From Chiloscyllium plagiosum (lineage: Eukaryota), in assembly GCF_004010195.1 (NCBI RefSeq), contig NC_057719.1, positions 358,288 to 422,287 of the forward strand: a DNA stretch of 64,000 bases, written 5' to 3'. Below the pieces are notes generated by a model. That model had not been told where the DNA came from, searched no databases, and saw nothing but the letters and a program-made list of their open reading frames with translations. This document shows, piece after piece, positions 11,353-24,021 of this stretch (positions are counted from its first letter, which is position 1; each line of letters starts with the position of its first letter). The position numbers and the translations under genes were made by a program.

Positions 11353-13985
11353 AAAGGATAAATAGGGTGGTCACTAGGACTTTAAACTTGGGTTGGGGTT
11401 GGGGTTGGGGTTGGGTGGAAGGAAAGGGAAAGCAACAGGAAGTATGGTCATAAATTAAAAGGTAGCAGGTTAACATGTATGCAGGAAGGTTTAGGTTCAA
11501 GGCAGATATGAAAGAAGCAAAATTGAAGGATAACTCAGGAGATATTACAGATGTTGTGAAGCATGATAGTAAGAAAGCTAACATAAAGGCACTTTACCCG
11601 AATGCTTGCAGCAGTTGTAACAAGATTGATGAGTTAACGGCACAAATCATTGTGAATAAACATGACTAAGTAGCCATCACGGAGACATGGTTGCAGATTG
11701 GTCATGACTGGGAATTAAATATCCAGGGGTACTAGACTATTTGGAAGGACAGACAGGAAAGTAAGGAATGCACTGATATTCAAGGATGACATCATGGCGG
11801 TGCTGAAAGATGATATAGGTGCAATGGAGCATGAGGTCAAATCCGTTTGGGTGGAAATTAAGAACTCAAAGAAGAAAAAGTCACTAATGGGCGTAGTTTA
11901 TTGGCCACCAAATAATAACATCACATTGGTTCGGGCAATAAACAAGGAAATAATTAAGGCCTGCAAAACTGATACGACCATTACCATGGGGGATTTTAAT
12001 CTGCGTGTGGATTGATTGAACCAGTTCAGTTAGGGTAGCCTTGGGGAGGGGTTTGTTGAGTGTATCTGTGATGGTTTTCTTGAACAGTATGTAATGGAAC
12101 TGATCAGGGAACAAGCGATCCTAGATCTGGTCCTGTGTAATGAAACAGGAATAATTAATGACCTCATAATCAGGGATCCTCTTGGAAGCAGCGATCACAG
12201 GATGGTTGAATTTAGAATACAGATGGAGAGTGTGAAGATAAAATCCAATCCCAGGGTCCTGTGCTTGAATAAGGGGGACTATGATAGAATGAGGGAGGAC
12301 CTGACTAAAGGAGACTGGGAACAGAGACTTTATGGTGCAACCGTTTTCAAGCAGTGGAGGACCTTCAAAGCAAATTTTAAAAGTGCTCAGCAAAAGCATA
12401 TTTCAGTGAGAAGGAAGGACTGGAAGAGGTGCAATAATCTGCCATGGGTGTCAAAGGCAATAAGGTGAAAGCGAAGGCATTCAAAGTGTCAAAAACAGCA
12501 GGAAACTAGAAGATTGGGAAAACTTTAAAGGTCAACAGAAAGCCACAAAAACAGCTATAAAGTAAAGTAAGATCGAGTATGAGAAAAAACTAGCACAGAA
12601 TATAAAGACAGACAGTAAAAGTGCAATGCAGGTAATTTTCCAAAATTCGCTGGACTCTAGGGCAGTCCCAGCAGATTGGAAAATAGCAAATGTGATGCCA
12701 CTGTTCACAAAGGGAGGTAGACAAAAGATGGGGAATTATAGACCAGTGAGCTTAACCTCTGATGGGGAAGATGCTGGAGTCCATTATCAAGGAAGAAATA
12801 GCAAGGCATCTCTAAAGAATATGTCCCATTGTACAGACACAGCATGGGTTCATGAAGGGCACGTCATGCTTAACAAATCTTTTGGAATTCTATGAAGACA
12901 TTTCAACCAGGTGGACAACGGGGACCCAGTGGATGTGGTGTACTTAGATTTCCAAAAGGTCTTCAACAAGGTGCTGCACATGAGGTAAGGATGCATTGGA
13001 GTTAGTGTGAGTGTATTAGCGTGGACAGAGGATTGGTTGACTAACAGGAAGAATTTGCCGATGACACTAAAATGAGTGGCAGAACAAAGTGTGCAGAGGA
13101 CTGTCAAACTTTGCAGAGGAATATAGATACATTCAGAGAGTGGGCAAAGGTCTGGCAGATGGAAGACAATGTTAATAAATGTGAAGTCATTCCTATTTTG
13201 GTAGGAATAACAGCAAAATAGATTATTACTTGAATAGTAAAAGTTGCAGCCTGCTGATTTGCAGAGGGACCTGGGTGTCCTTGTGCATGAATCACGGAAG
13301 GTTGGTCTGCAGGTACAACAGGTAATTAGGAAGGCAAATTGAATTTTGTCCTTCATTTGCTAAAGGAGGTTGAGTTTGAAAACAGAGGGGTAATGTTACA
13401 GCAGTACAAGGTGTTGGTGAGGCCACACCTGGAGTAGTGTGCAGTTTTGGTCTCCTTACTTGAGAAAGGATGGACTGGCTCTAGACTGGGTGCAGAGGAC
13501 GTTCACTAGGTTGGTTCTGGAAGTTGAAGGGGTTGGCATATGAGGAGAGACTGAGTAGACTGGGATTATATTCATTGGAATTCAGAATAATGAGGGGGAC
13601 TTTATAGAAATATATAAAGTTATGAAGGGAGTCGATAAAGTGGAAATAGATAGGATGTTTCCACTGGTAGGTGAGATTAGATCAAAAGGGCATGGCCTCA
13701 AGATTAGAGGAAGCAGGTGGAGAACTGAACTGAGAAAGAACCTCTTCACCAGAGGGTTGTAAATCTATGGAATTCCTACCCAGGGAAGTAGTTCACACTA
13801 CTTCAGTAATCGCTTTTAAAAGATAAGGCAGATTTTTTTTGAAAACTAAAGGAATTAAGAGATATAGTGAAAATGTAGGTAAGTAGAGCTGAGTCCACAA
13901 AAAGATCAGCCATGATCTTACTGAATGGCAGAGTAGGTTCGAAGGGCCAGACGGCCTACTCCTGTCCTACTTCTTATATAATAAT
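11353..13985 (+). mobile_element. Decayed CR1-clade LINE ORF2 (APE + RT + 3' tail) with internal deletions
   Basis: GVVYWPP, MGDFN, LDLVL, SDH, DWKIANV, NYRPVSLTS, ADDTK motifs across frames. Confidence 0.88.
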
Positions 13986-13987
13986 AA

Positions 13988-14340
13988 CTACATCAGACAA
14001 GCAAGCCACCAACATACATGAACACCAACTAGCCACCAAAAGACCTGACCCACTCTCACTAGTATTCTTATACAGATGAAGAAGGACACCACTGACTGGG
14101 ACATCACATCGATCCTAGGACAGACTAAACAGAGACTTGCACAGGAATTCCTAGAGGCCTGGCATTCGAACTGGAACTCAATCAATAAATACATTGATTT
14201 GGACTTCATCTACCATCCATTGAGAAAAAGAACCAGAAATGTTATCACCCACCTTAAGAAACCAAGACACATTAATAGACAGTCGGACATAATACCAGCA
14301 CTTCACCAGAGTCTCACTGATAACATTATCTAGTATGGAG
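13988..14340 (+). mobile_element. Penelope-like GIY-YIG 3' fragment
   Basis: SILGQTKQR..EFLEAWHS..INKYIDLD. Confidence 0.8.
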
Positions 14341-14427
14341 ATTTAGAAAGCTCCCCAGTTATATGAAGCAAAGAATAGAGTTAAAAGCAAAAAAAGGTAT
14401 AGATGCTAGAAATATGAAATGAAAACA

Positions 14428-15170
14428 AAGTATACATTTAATGGTAAGGTCCTGGGGAGTGCTGCTGAACAAAGAGACCTTGGAGTGCAGGTTCATAGCT
14501 CCTTGAAAGTAGAGTCACAGGTAGATAGGATAGTTAAGGCGGCGTTTGGTATGCTTTCCTTTTTTGGTCAAAGTATTGAGTACAGGAGTTGGGAGGTCAT
14601 GTTGCAGCTGTACAGGACATTGGTTAGGCGACTGTTGGAATATTGTGTGCAGTTCTGGTCTCCTTCCTATCAGAAAGATGTTGTGAAAATTGAAAGGGAT
14701 CAGAAAAGATTTCCCAGGATGTTTCCAGAGTTGGAGGATTTGAGCTATAGGGAGAGGTTCAATAGGCTGGGGCTGTTTTCCCTGGAGTATCAGAGGCTAA
14801 GGAGTGACCTTATAGAGGTTTATAAAATCATGAGGGGCATGGATAGGATAAATAGACAAAGTATTTCCCCTGGGGTGGGGGAGTCCAGAACTTGAGGGCA
14901 TAGGTGTAGGTTGAGAGGGGAAAGATATAAAAGAGACCTACGGGGCAACTTTTTCACACAGAAGATGGTGCCTGTATGGAATGACCTGCCAGAGGAAGTG
15001 GTGGAGGCTGGGACAATTGCAACATTTAAAAGGCATCTGGATGGGTATATGAATAGGAAAGGTTTGGAGAGATATAGGACAGGTGGGACTAGACTGGGTT
15101 GGGATATCTGGTCGTCATGGACGAGTTGGACCAAAGAATCTGTTTCCATACTGTGCATCTCTATGACTCC
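14428..15170 (+). mobile_element. CR1-clade LINE 3' end (HER1-like)
   Basis: QRDLGV, LYRTLVR, LEYCVQFWSP, RLRSDLIEVYK; similar copies 18810-19230, 27400-27900, 62310-62785. Confidence 0.9.
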
Positions 15171-16009
15171 ATGCTGGAGAAACTCAGCAGGTCTAGCAGC
15201 ATCTGTGGAGAGAGAGTTAACATTTCAAATGTAATATGATTCAAAATTCTGAAGTGTTCATTTGTTTCTCTCTCCAAAGATATTACCAAACCGGAATTAC
15301 TCCAGCAATTTCTGTTTTTATTTTAAAAATAGGATTGCACAAACATACAGTCAACATTCATTTAAGAGATGGAGACAGCATCACTCTATCAAGGGCAACA
15401 AGAATATCAATACAAACATTTAAGAATAAATCACTCCCACAAAAGGGAAGCAAAATGAAGCAGAATAGGAAATAGCAGCCAAATACCAACAAGTTTAGAT
15501 TTTCAGCAATGTAATGGGATATACCCAGGATGGCCAGGAGAAAGTTAGTAGGAATATCTTTTGCTAAAATATTTGCTTGTTAAGATAAGAAGTAGTGATG
15601 CAGAGGATGTAAACAGGACCTTGTACTCACCCATGTGCAGCTACCACTGGAATACAGCCTCCTTACTTACACAACAAGAACCTACTCCAACTCTATCTGA
15701 CTACAGTCCATTGCTTCTCCCATTGTAGTAAAATTTAATTTACAGTTTCGATCAAAATGAAACTGCCACAGAAACACAAACTTCACAACAAAGGATATGC
15801 ATTGCTTTTTTAAAAAAAATAGACAAATTTCTATCTTTAAACAGGCTGAGAAATCTGAATTGAAATGTTGGTGATAGGGTATGAAGTTTGTTAGGGCCAT
15901 GCGTCTCCATCCTGGTAGTTTGACTCTGCCCTGTCTATTTTACCTGATTAATTGCTGAGGTGGCTCAGTGAGTGAGCACAGTAAATAAAACTCCATCCTT
16001 CCCTCCCCA

Positions 16010-16170
16010 TTCATCCGCACGTGGCTCAGCTACTTGCCGCCAGATTCAAATCTCCCGCTGCCGCGCTGCACCACGGGACCCCGCCCATTGGCGGCCGACT
16101 TACAACCTGCGCGATTACATCACCGACAAGCCCCGCCCCTGAGTTTGACAGAAGGATTTCCGGAAAAAGT
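16010..16170 (-). promoter_or_regulatory. Small CpG-rich promoter with CDE/CHR, CCAAT and GC boxes, facing left
   Basis: Minus strand CAGCGG-GAGA-TTTGAA (CHR 16045-16050); CCAAT 16087-16091; GC boxes ~16079 and ~16131; CACGTG 16018; TTTCCGGAAA 16157-16166; candidate UTR donors at 15944 and 15631. Confidence 0.65.
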
Positions 16171-16184
16171 GATGTTCCCATTCA

Positions 16185-16770
16185 AACTATTATCAGTGAC
16201 ATTCCAATTCATTATCCCAGTGATTCCCATTGATTATCCCAGTGATAATCCCATTGATTATCCCAGTGATAATCCCATTGATTATCCCAGTGATAATCCC
16301 ATTGATTATCCCAGTGATAATCCCATTCATTATCCCAGTGATTCCCATTGATTATCCCAGTGATAATCCCATTCATTATCCTGGCAATTCCTATTCATTT
16401 CCCAGTGACATTCCCATTAATTATCTCAGTAATTCCTATTCATTTTGCCAGTGATTTCCCATTTGTTATCCCAGTGACATCCCATTCATTATCACAGTAA
16501 TTCCCATTCATTATCAGTGATTCCAATTCATTATCCCAATAATTATCATAATGATTCAAATTCATTAACCCAGTGACATCCCATTCATTATCCGTGATTC
16601 CCATATATTATCCCAGTGATTCCCTCTTGTTATCACACTGATGCATTTTTTGCCATTATTCCAACAATTCCCACTTGTTATCCCAGTGATAGCATTATCC
16701 CAAGTGTGATGCCTATTCATTATCCCGGTGATTACTACTCATTACATCAGAGATTCCATTCATTATCCCT
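16185..16770. repeat. 22-24 bp minisatellite (CATTGATTATCCCAGTGATAATCC)
   Basis: Perfect 24-bp units ~16229-16325, degenerate units on both sides. Confidence 0.92.
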
Positions 16771-16789
16771 GTTTTTCATAAGCCAAGGG

Positions 16790-17260
16790 AGGGATAGTAG
16801 CAGTATTGCAATGTTACTGAACTAGTAATGCAGAATTCCTGATGAAGGGCTCCGACCTAAACGTCGATTTTCCTGGTCCTCAGATGCTGCCTGACCTGCT
16901 GTGCTTTTCCAGCAACACATTCTCAACTTTGATCTCCAGCATCTGCAGACCTCTCTGTCTCCTAGTAATGCAGAAGCCCAGGCTGATATCCTGAGGATAA
17001 ACGTTCAAAACCTATTGTGGCAAATGATGAAATTTCAATTCAATGGAAATCAAAACTTAAAAAAACTTTTTAAATTGTTTTACTATTAATTCAATCAGAT
17101 TCACCCACTAGGGAAAGAAGTCAGCTGTCCTTATCTGGTCTGCTCCACATGTGACTCCAGACCCATAAGCAACGTGGTTGATTATTAACAGCTATCTCAG
17201 TTCAAAAGGCTATAAGGGATGGGTAATATATACTTACCCAGACAGCAACAGTCACACCAA
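16790..17260 (+). mobile_element. Older tRNA-derived SINE interrupted by a short hammerhead-type element (16836-16961)
   Basis: SINE similar to 17745-17950 and reverse copies 44750-45240, 45600-45920; 14-bp TSD CTAGTAATGCAGAA at 16822-16835 and 16962-16975. Confidence 0.7.
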
Positions 17261-19616
17261 CGCATAAATTCTACAGAATTCCCATTTACATTTCCTGTGA
17301 CCTCATTTTCTGTTTAACTCTCATTCATTACCCCAGAATTTCCATCCATTATTTCTGACTTCCAGTCATTATCCTCGAGATTCCCACTCATTAACCCAAT
17401 TCTGCAAATTGTCTTCATAGATCATAGACATTATCCTCAGCCTCCTTCAGGGAAGCAAACATTGCTTGAACAGATCTTTCCTCAAAGATTCAGGTGGTTT
17501 CACCTGATGGATCATTGCTGGAGCTGCTGACACTGGGAAATTCTGGCTCTTAAACCAGATTTTCAGCCTTGAGGAGCATGGCTCTACATTACAAATTTAA
17601 CTGGCAGTGAAAGTTAAAAACAGACTCAGGGAATGAGACCCAACCCAGGAGTATGAGGTTTAATTGTGGGTGTGGAGGGGTTGTTCCAGTAACCAATTTT
17701 AATAGGGTACAATTGATAAAAGCATTTGTTATAGATTCATTGGGAGGCAATGGCGTAGTGGTATTGTTGGTTAATTACTAATCCAGAAACCCAGGTTAAT
17801 ATCCTGGAGATGGAGGTTCAAATACCAGATGGTGGAATTGAAATTCAATTAAAAATCTGGAATTATGATGGCATCATAAAACTACTGCCAATTGATGTGG
17901 GAAAACTCCAATGATTTATGACTGCCCTTCAGAGAAATCTGATGTCCTTAAATGGCAGCTTACTGATGTGCAGAATACACCTCCTGCAAGGGCGATGGAA
18001 TAGATTGAAGAGTAACTTCCCAAAGGTAATTCAATAAAACTCGAAAGGGCAATATTTGCTAGATTAGGATAAGAACAGAGAAGGACGACTAATTGAATAG
18101 CCTCCATCAACAGTCAACACAGGTACAATGAAAGCGCTTGGAGAAACCCAGCAATTTTTGGTGGGGAGGTGGTGAGGCTCCATTACCTCATTTCAGTGTT
18201 AAACCTTTTACGGGTTTCACTGCTACACCTCCCTGAAAACTTATTAACATTAACAAAAGAATAGCTATTGCTAGTGTGTAAATAATGGCTAACATAGACC
18301 GCAATTGGTCAGGTATAATTACAAAACTGCACAGCGCTAGGTGTATTTGCAAGCAATGTTTTTGATTGATAAATTCTTGATGTCACAAGGAATTAAGGAC
18401 TACGGGGAGAATGCGGGTAAGTGGAGTTGAAATGCCCATCAGCCATGATTGAAAGGCAGAATGGACTCGATGGGCCGAATGGCCTTACTTCCACTCCTAT
18501 GGCTTATGGTCCAAATGGCCCCCCTTCAATGTTACAAGTTTCTCTGAATGTGAAATTCTAAATCAGAATTCCCACAATATTATCTTTGTTGGACGGGTTT
18601 GGGGGGACAGGTAGGGTGCGGTATTGGACGGGGTTGGGGAGCAGGGGCAGCGCATGCTGTGCTGCTGCTAGTCTCCTGAATGGTGAGCAGACTTAAAAGG
18701 AAGCTCCAAGCCTCGGAGGAAAGGCATTGAATCAACTAACTGAATAATCAATTATCCAAACGAAATAGTGTCTACCCATCTCGGTCAGATATTTGAGGTT
18801 CCCCTGTAAAAGGATGTTGGCAGGGTTGGAGGATTTGAGTTAGAAAGAGAGGTTGAACAGGCTGGGGTTGTTTTCCCTGGAACGTCAGAGGCTGAGGGGT
18901 GACCTTATAGAAGTTTATAAAATCATGAGGGGCATGGATAGAATAAATAGACAAGATCTTTTCCTTGGGGTGGGGAGTCCAGAACTTAGAGGGCATAGGT
19001 TTAGTGTGAGGGGGGAAAAAGATATAAAAGGGACTTAAGAGGCAACGTTTTCACGTAGAGGGTGGTACGTGTATGGAATGAGCTGCCAGAGAGGGTACAT
19101 GAGTAAGAAGGGTTTGGAGGGATATGGGCTGGGTGCTGGCAGGTGGGACTAGATTGGGTTGGGATATCTGTTCGGTATGGATAAGTTGGACCGAAGGTCT
19201 GTTTCCGTGCTGTACATCTCTATGACTCTAATTGCCAGATACAAGCAGTGATTCCATCTGCCCTCTCTGGTGGATGTGAAAACCCTCATGGTAATGTTTT
19301 GAAAAAGGGCAGGGGAGCTCTCCTTTGTACCCTGCGGCAATATTTACACCTCCGCAAAAGAATTAAACAGATTATCTGGTTATTATCACAGGGCTATTTG
19401 CACAGGGTAACAATGTACAAACTGGCTGCCCTGTTTCCTACAGTGCAGTGTAATTCAAAGACACTTCAGCAGGTGTGAAGTATTCTGTCTGTAGATTGGG
19501 GATCTGTGAGCTTTCTTTTGCGATCAAATTTCTTTAAGAGTTTTTCTTCCTGCCACTCACCCCAGCTGCATTTCACAGAGCTTACCCTTCAATCATTTTA
19601 AGTTTACATTTTTCTA

Positions 19617-19626
19617 TTTATTTATT
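19617..19626 (-). terminator. Probable TMED8 polyadenylation signal (overlapping AATAAATAAA)
   Basis: TTTATTTATT on + strand ~920 nt past the stop, at the end of an AT-rich, mostly unique 3'UTR-like stretch. Confidence 0.55.
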
Positions 19627-19954
19627 TTTCCAGGCAGTACACAGAGTACAAAATATAATTGTTTTGTGAAGGCTGCAAATGATATTCATTTCTCTCAACT
19701 TCATCACATCCCGTCTGACATCCCTGCTCAACTTTTCCAGATTCCAGTGATTGCAATGTGATTTAGATATTTTAATAAAAGAATGACCAATTAACTCCTT
19801 TTTTTGAGGAGAGGGTTGAGGGAGCAGCAGGTGACTTGTAAACACTGGAATGCAACTGCAACGTGCTGAGAAAACAGTACAGAACAAGCCCAAATCAGAT
19901 ATTGCACAAAGAAAGGCAGTGTAGCTTGGGTCTTTAAACATATAGAGTGATCAG

Positions 19955-20157
19955 GTCAGAAGTCACATGACACCAGGTTATACTCCAACAGGAGTATTTG
20001 AAATCACAAGCTTTCAGAGTGCTGCTCCCTCACTTCACCTGATAAAGGAGCAGGGCTCAGAAAGCTTGTGATTTCAAATAAACCTGTTGGACCATAGCCT
20101 GGCGTCATGAGACTTCTGACTTTGTCCACCTCAGTCCATCACCAGCACCTTCACATG
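19955..20157. mobile_element. Fold-back non-autonomous element (Penelope-type) in TMED8 3'UTR
   Basis: GTCAGAAGTC..TTTGAAATCACAAGCTTTC and GAAAGCTTGTGATTTCAAA..GACTTCTGAC are reverse complements; degenerate hammerhead core CTGATAAAGGAGCAGGGCTCAGAAAGC. Confidence 0.75.
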
Positions 20158-20541
20158 ATGAACATAGTGATAGATTTACAAAGTAAGCACATAGCGACAT
20201 TAAAAGTGAAAATAAATCTTTAAACATAAAATGATATTAATGTATACATATTATATATAAATTCAGTTGTACCAAGAACACAACAAGGAACACAAAAACA
20301 ATACTGTGAACACAAAACAAACAAAGAAGATGCATAAAGTGCCACATTTGTAAGAGTCTGGAGAGCTCGTGGGGTTGAATGTTGGGCACATTTGCTCCAG
20401 TCAGATTTTTGTAAAGAAAAACAATTGCCAGAGAAAGAAAACAAGAGGCTGACTCGGAGAGAGAGTATCTCTGGAGGAATGGGACGTGGATTCGGTCCCC
20501 TTCCCCAGGGAAGGGCTGCTGCTGCTGCTACGGCTGCTTCT

Positions 20542-20756
20542 TCAGGAGCTGTAGTTGACCTGGTAATAGAGGGTTTTGTGTCTCCAGATCGAGTAGGAAT
20601 TGTCGAATTTGAGCAGGTAGACTCCCTGTCCCGGGTACTTGTGACTGCCGGACTGAACCTCCAAGTGACTGTCCTTTCGGTATACAGGCAGGATCTCCTC
20701 CAATTCAGACCGGAAGAAATCTTTCCCTCTCTCGATATCTCCTTGGACTGGGGGTG
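20542..20756 (-). CDS. TMED8: TMED8 terminal coding exon 6 (end of GOLD domain)
   Basis: Acceptor gttcctcag|; GDIERG...[51 protein letters not shown]. Confidence 0.95.
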
Positions 20757-23534
20757 CTGAGGAACAACGCATGAAGATATTAATAACAGCGCCAGACGGT
20801 GGGACATGCAAGAAATGACAGAGCCACAGGGAGCTCATATATCAAAAGTGGATATTGGGGATGAGGAGGATGCACATGCATAAATACATCAGCTATACCT
20901 GCTGAGCGTCCTGCAAGGCTAAATGAGGCTGGGAACTTAGGTGAGAAGAGACCAAATAAACAGGGAGCCAGAAAGTCCATTCCAAAGATCAGAGCGCCAC
21001 ATTGTTGGCGCTGTCAGAGGGTCAGCGCTGAGGGAGCGCCGCGCTGTCCGAGGGTCATTAGTAGTACTGCAATTTTGAATGTGTTGAATTTCAGTCATTA
21101 CATTAAATCAAGGTTTGATCTTTCCTCTCAAATTCAATACTTTTACTTTCAGCACAAGTTCATTAGCTATGAATATTTTGGGAAGTCCTGAAGCAAGAAA
21201 AGGCACAATGGCTAAGAGTATTTTTCTGATATTTTGATTTCTCAAAGGATTTGAAGGACACTGGCTGCACAGAAACACTGCTGCTTCAGAACTGGATTAG
21301 TTCAATGGTAAATTCAGGCCCCTCTCTCCCTTGTTTGGAGAAGGGAAAAAAAATTCCTTATAGCCAGCTACTCTCCTCACAAAGTTCAAAGTGGGGGGGA
21401 AATAAAATATCTTCTGAAGCAGTGAAATGTGAATTCTCAACCAGTGAATGAAAGACTGAGAATTGGCACATGTACAACTTTGTACCATCAGCAAAGATTC
21501 AGAAAGAATCCAAGACAGACAGCTTTTTTAATTGGTGAGGGAATTGAGGGTTATGGGGCAAGGGCAGGAAAGTGGAGAGAATTGATGGGCTAAAGCATAA
21601 ATTCCTGCTCTTATGATTCTATAGTCTTAAGAGAAAAGAACTCATTGAAATTTCTGATCTAGACCAGCGGCAGAACTCACTCACTCTGGCATTTTTTAAA
21701 AATCCCATTTCCTACACTCAATGTTTATATCTTGTCTGTTTGAATGTCTGTAAGAATGGGCATTTTAAGGAAGGGATAGAGCTAAAAATTAGCAAATTCA
21801 ACTCCAAGTTTTTGCCACTGGCGAAAGATTTTTAATTAAAATAAATTGTTATTCAAAAAAAACCTGGTGTGCATATTATTTTAATCTGAATTAGATAGTT
21901 TGGTAGAATGAGGCAATTCAGTAGTAGATTAAATTTACATTCCAGGAATAGCGGGGCTTGAATTCCAATTGTTGGAATTCAATGTTCCAATTGTTCCCAA
22001 CGGGAGAGAACATTACAGTCTACAAAACTTATCTGGCTATAAAGTTCACATCCCCACACAATTCTTTCAAAACTCTTGGATAGAAACCATCTTGTTCTGA
22101 GGATTTGTCTCAGTTCAGCTCCATTGTAGGACCAGTAGATGATCATTTATCCTCAAGCTTGTCCTGTTAGGTCATTCAACAGGATCATGGCTGATCTTCT
22201 ACCTCTATGTCATTTTCTTGCACTACCCAACATCTTTAATAGTTGGAAATCTATCGATCTCTGCATTCAATATAATTAATGACTGAGCTTCCACAGTTCT
22301 AGGGACTAGAGAATTCCAAACATTCACCACCCAAGTGAAGAAATATCCCTCCCATCTCAGTCCTTATTCTGACACTGTGTCCCTTGGTTTGTAGATCAAT
22401 TAAAACAACTTTCCATGGTCTAGCCTGGTAAGCCCCGCTAAGACTTTTAAATGTTTCACTAAAATCACCTCTCATTTTACCAGGTTACACAGAAAACAAG
22501 CCCAATCTTCATTTCTATTAGTATGAGAACTTGATTGAGTTCCTGTTCTGATTCAATATCCCTCCCTAACGGGTCAATCTAAGCAGCATCACCTTAACGG
22601 GACAATTAGGGAGGGCCCTCCCATACTGAATTAAAATTTAAAATGTGTTCATTGGAACGTCTGGCATTTTGAGTTCTTTCTCCCCTATAATTATTCAGTG
22701 CATGCATCTCCTCCCTTCGATCAACATCATCTTTACCAACTTTAATGAGGCTCACTATTCAGCTAGTCAAACAGTACAGGCTCTTCAACCCATCAAGTCT
22801 GTACCATCCCGCACTCCCACCGGCCTCCGGGGCGGGACCATCCCGCACGGGACCATTTTTTTCTCAAATCTCCTTTAAACCTCCCGACCACCTCTTGAGA
22901 GAACAGTCAGCATTCTAAGCCCGTTAAGGTATTTGTGCACCGTTCCAATAGTTTTTTTTGCCATTTCTATTCTTACATCCCTTAATCTCTCTGCTCCACA
23001 GATATGTGCTTGCTTACCATTTAGAAGACACTAATCTATTTGTACTAAAGTAGCCCACAGCACATGACACTGGATTTTGTTTGCCTCAGTTATACCCACA
23101 CAATGTCCTTTCGAGATAGAAGTTAAAAGAATGAACACAAGCAGCGTCAGAACTGGAATAAACAGAGAATGCAGGAGAAACTCAGCTGGTCTGGCAGCAT
23201 CTGCGGAGAGGGAAACAGAATTAACATTAGGAGTCTGGTATTGTTCTCCTGTTAGAACCGAAGATTGTTTTTGGAGGGCGTGGGGTGTGTGAGGAAGACA
23301 GAGAGAGGAAGGATGAGGGAGGTTTGCTAGTTTGGTATTTCACATTATTCTAAGTATTACCCAGAAGTACTTGATTTACAATGTTTATGGTTGAAAGAGG
23401 AGAATTAAAAACTGAAAATAAGCAAATGCTGAAAATCTGAAATAAAAAATATGATACTATAAAGACAACAGATCTGTCAGTAGTTTTCTCTGAATTGAAT
23501 AAATGAGTGCCAGCGAGGAAGCTGGAACCGTGTG

Positions 23535-23650
23535 AGAGAGCATTTGAGAGAGAGTGAGTGAGTGAGAGTACACGTGAGAGAGTGAATTAATGGTTAAGCA
23601 TATGTGCCAGTAGAGTAGAGAGAGCGAGAGCGAGAGCGAGATCGAGAACA
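23535..23650. repeat. Compound GA/GAGT/GAGAGC microsatellite
   Basis: Visible directly in TMED8 intron 5. Confidence 0.8.
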
Positions 23651-23733
23651 AATAAATACAGGCATGAGAAATGGTGGGTTGTGTGCGATGGTGAGATATT
23701 CTACATATTAATCATTCACAAAGCCCTTTTTAC

Positions 23734-24021
23734 CTTCTGTCTCTTCCTCGTCCTCTTCATCACTTGACTCGCTAACCAGCACCGTAATCTCTGTGTCGGT
23801 CACAGGAGTCCACTCAAAGTACACCCCAAAGCCAATATCATAGGTGTCCGTGGCAAAGTCCCAGCAGACAGAGTTACCCTCAGGGTGGGTGGGAACTCGC
23901 ACTGTCACTACATTCCCACGGTTCACCTTCATCACCCCAGCCTTTTCCCTCCGGATCTTCTCTTTGAACTCGTTCAGCTCCGTGGAAATCCAGGTGGCAG
24001 CAGCATCAATTACAGGAACAA
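23734..24021 (-). CDS. TMED8: TMED8 coding exon 5 (first part of GOLD domain)
   Basis: Acceptor ccttgcag|, donor AAG|GTAAAA; 288 nt; WISTELNEFKEK...VTVRVPTHPEGNSVCWDFATDTYDIGFGVYFEWTPV...SESSDEEDEEE, typical of TMED8/ACBD3 GOLD. Confidence 0.95.

Noticed and set aside
16229-16380. CRISPR-like array of palindromic repeats; ORFs with IDYPSDNP repeats
   Set aside because: Units are contiguous with no unique spacers, no cas genes, eukaryotic context; the ORFs are translations of the minisatellite
1-19600. GSTZ1 exons expected from human synteny
   Set aside because: I found no GST-zeta motifs by eye; small exons could have been missed
20401-20544. Stop-codon readthrough of TMED8 adding a Ser-rich, hydrophobic tail
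   Set aside because: Frame stays open ~47 codons but the context is TGA-AGA, not a recognised readthrough motif; no other support
20220-20807. 195-aa minus and 122-aa plus ORFs over TMED8 exon 6
   Set aside because: Alternative-frame and antisense shadows of the GOLD exon
20990-21070. Small CpG-rich patch as a regulatory island
   Set aside because: Resembles a common ~33-bp shark minisatellite unit (GAGGGTCAG..CTGAGGGAG..C.GC.CTGTC)
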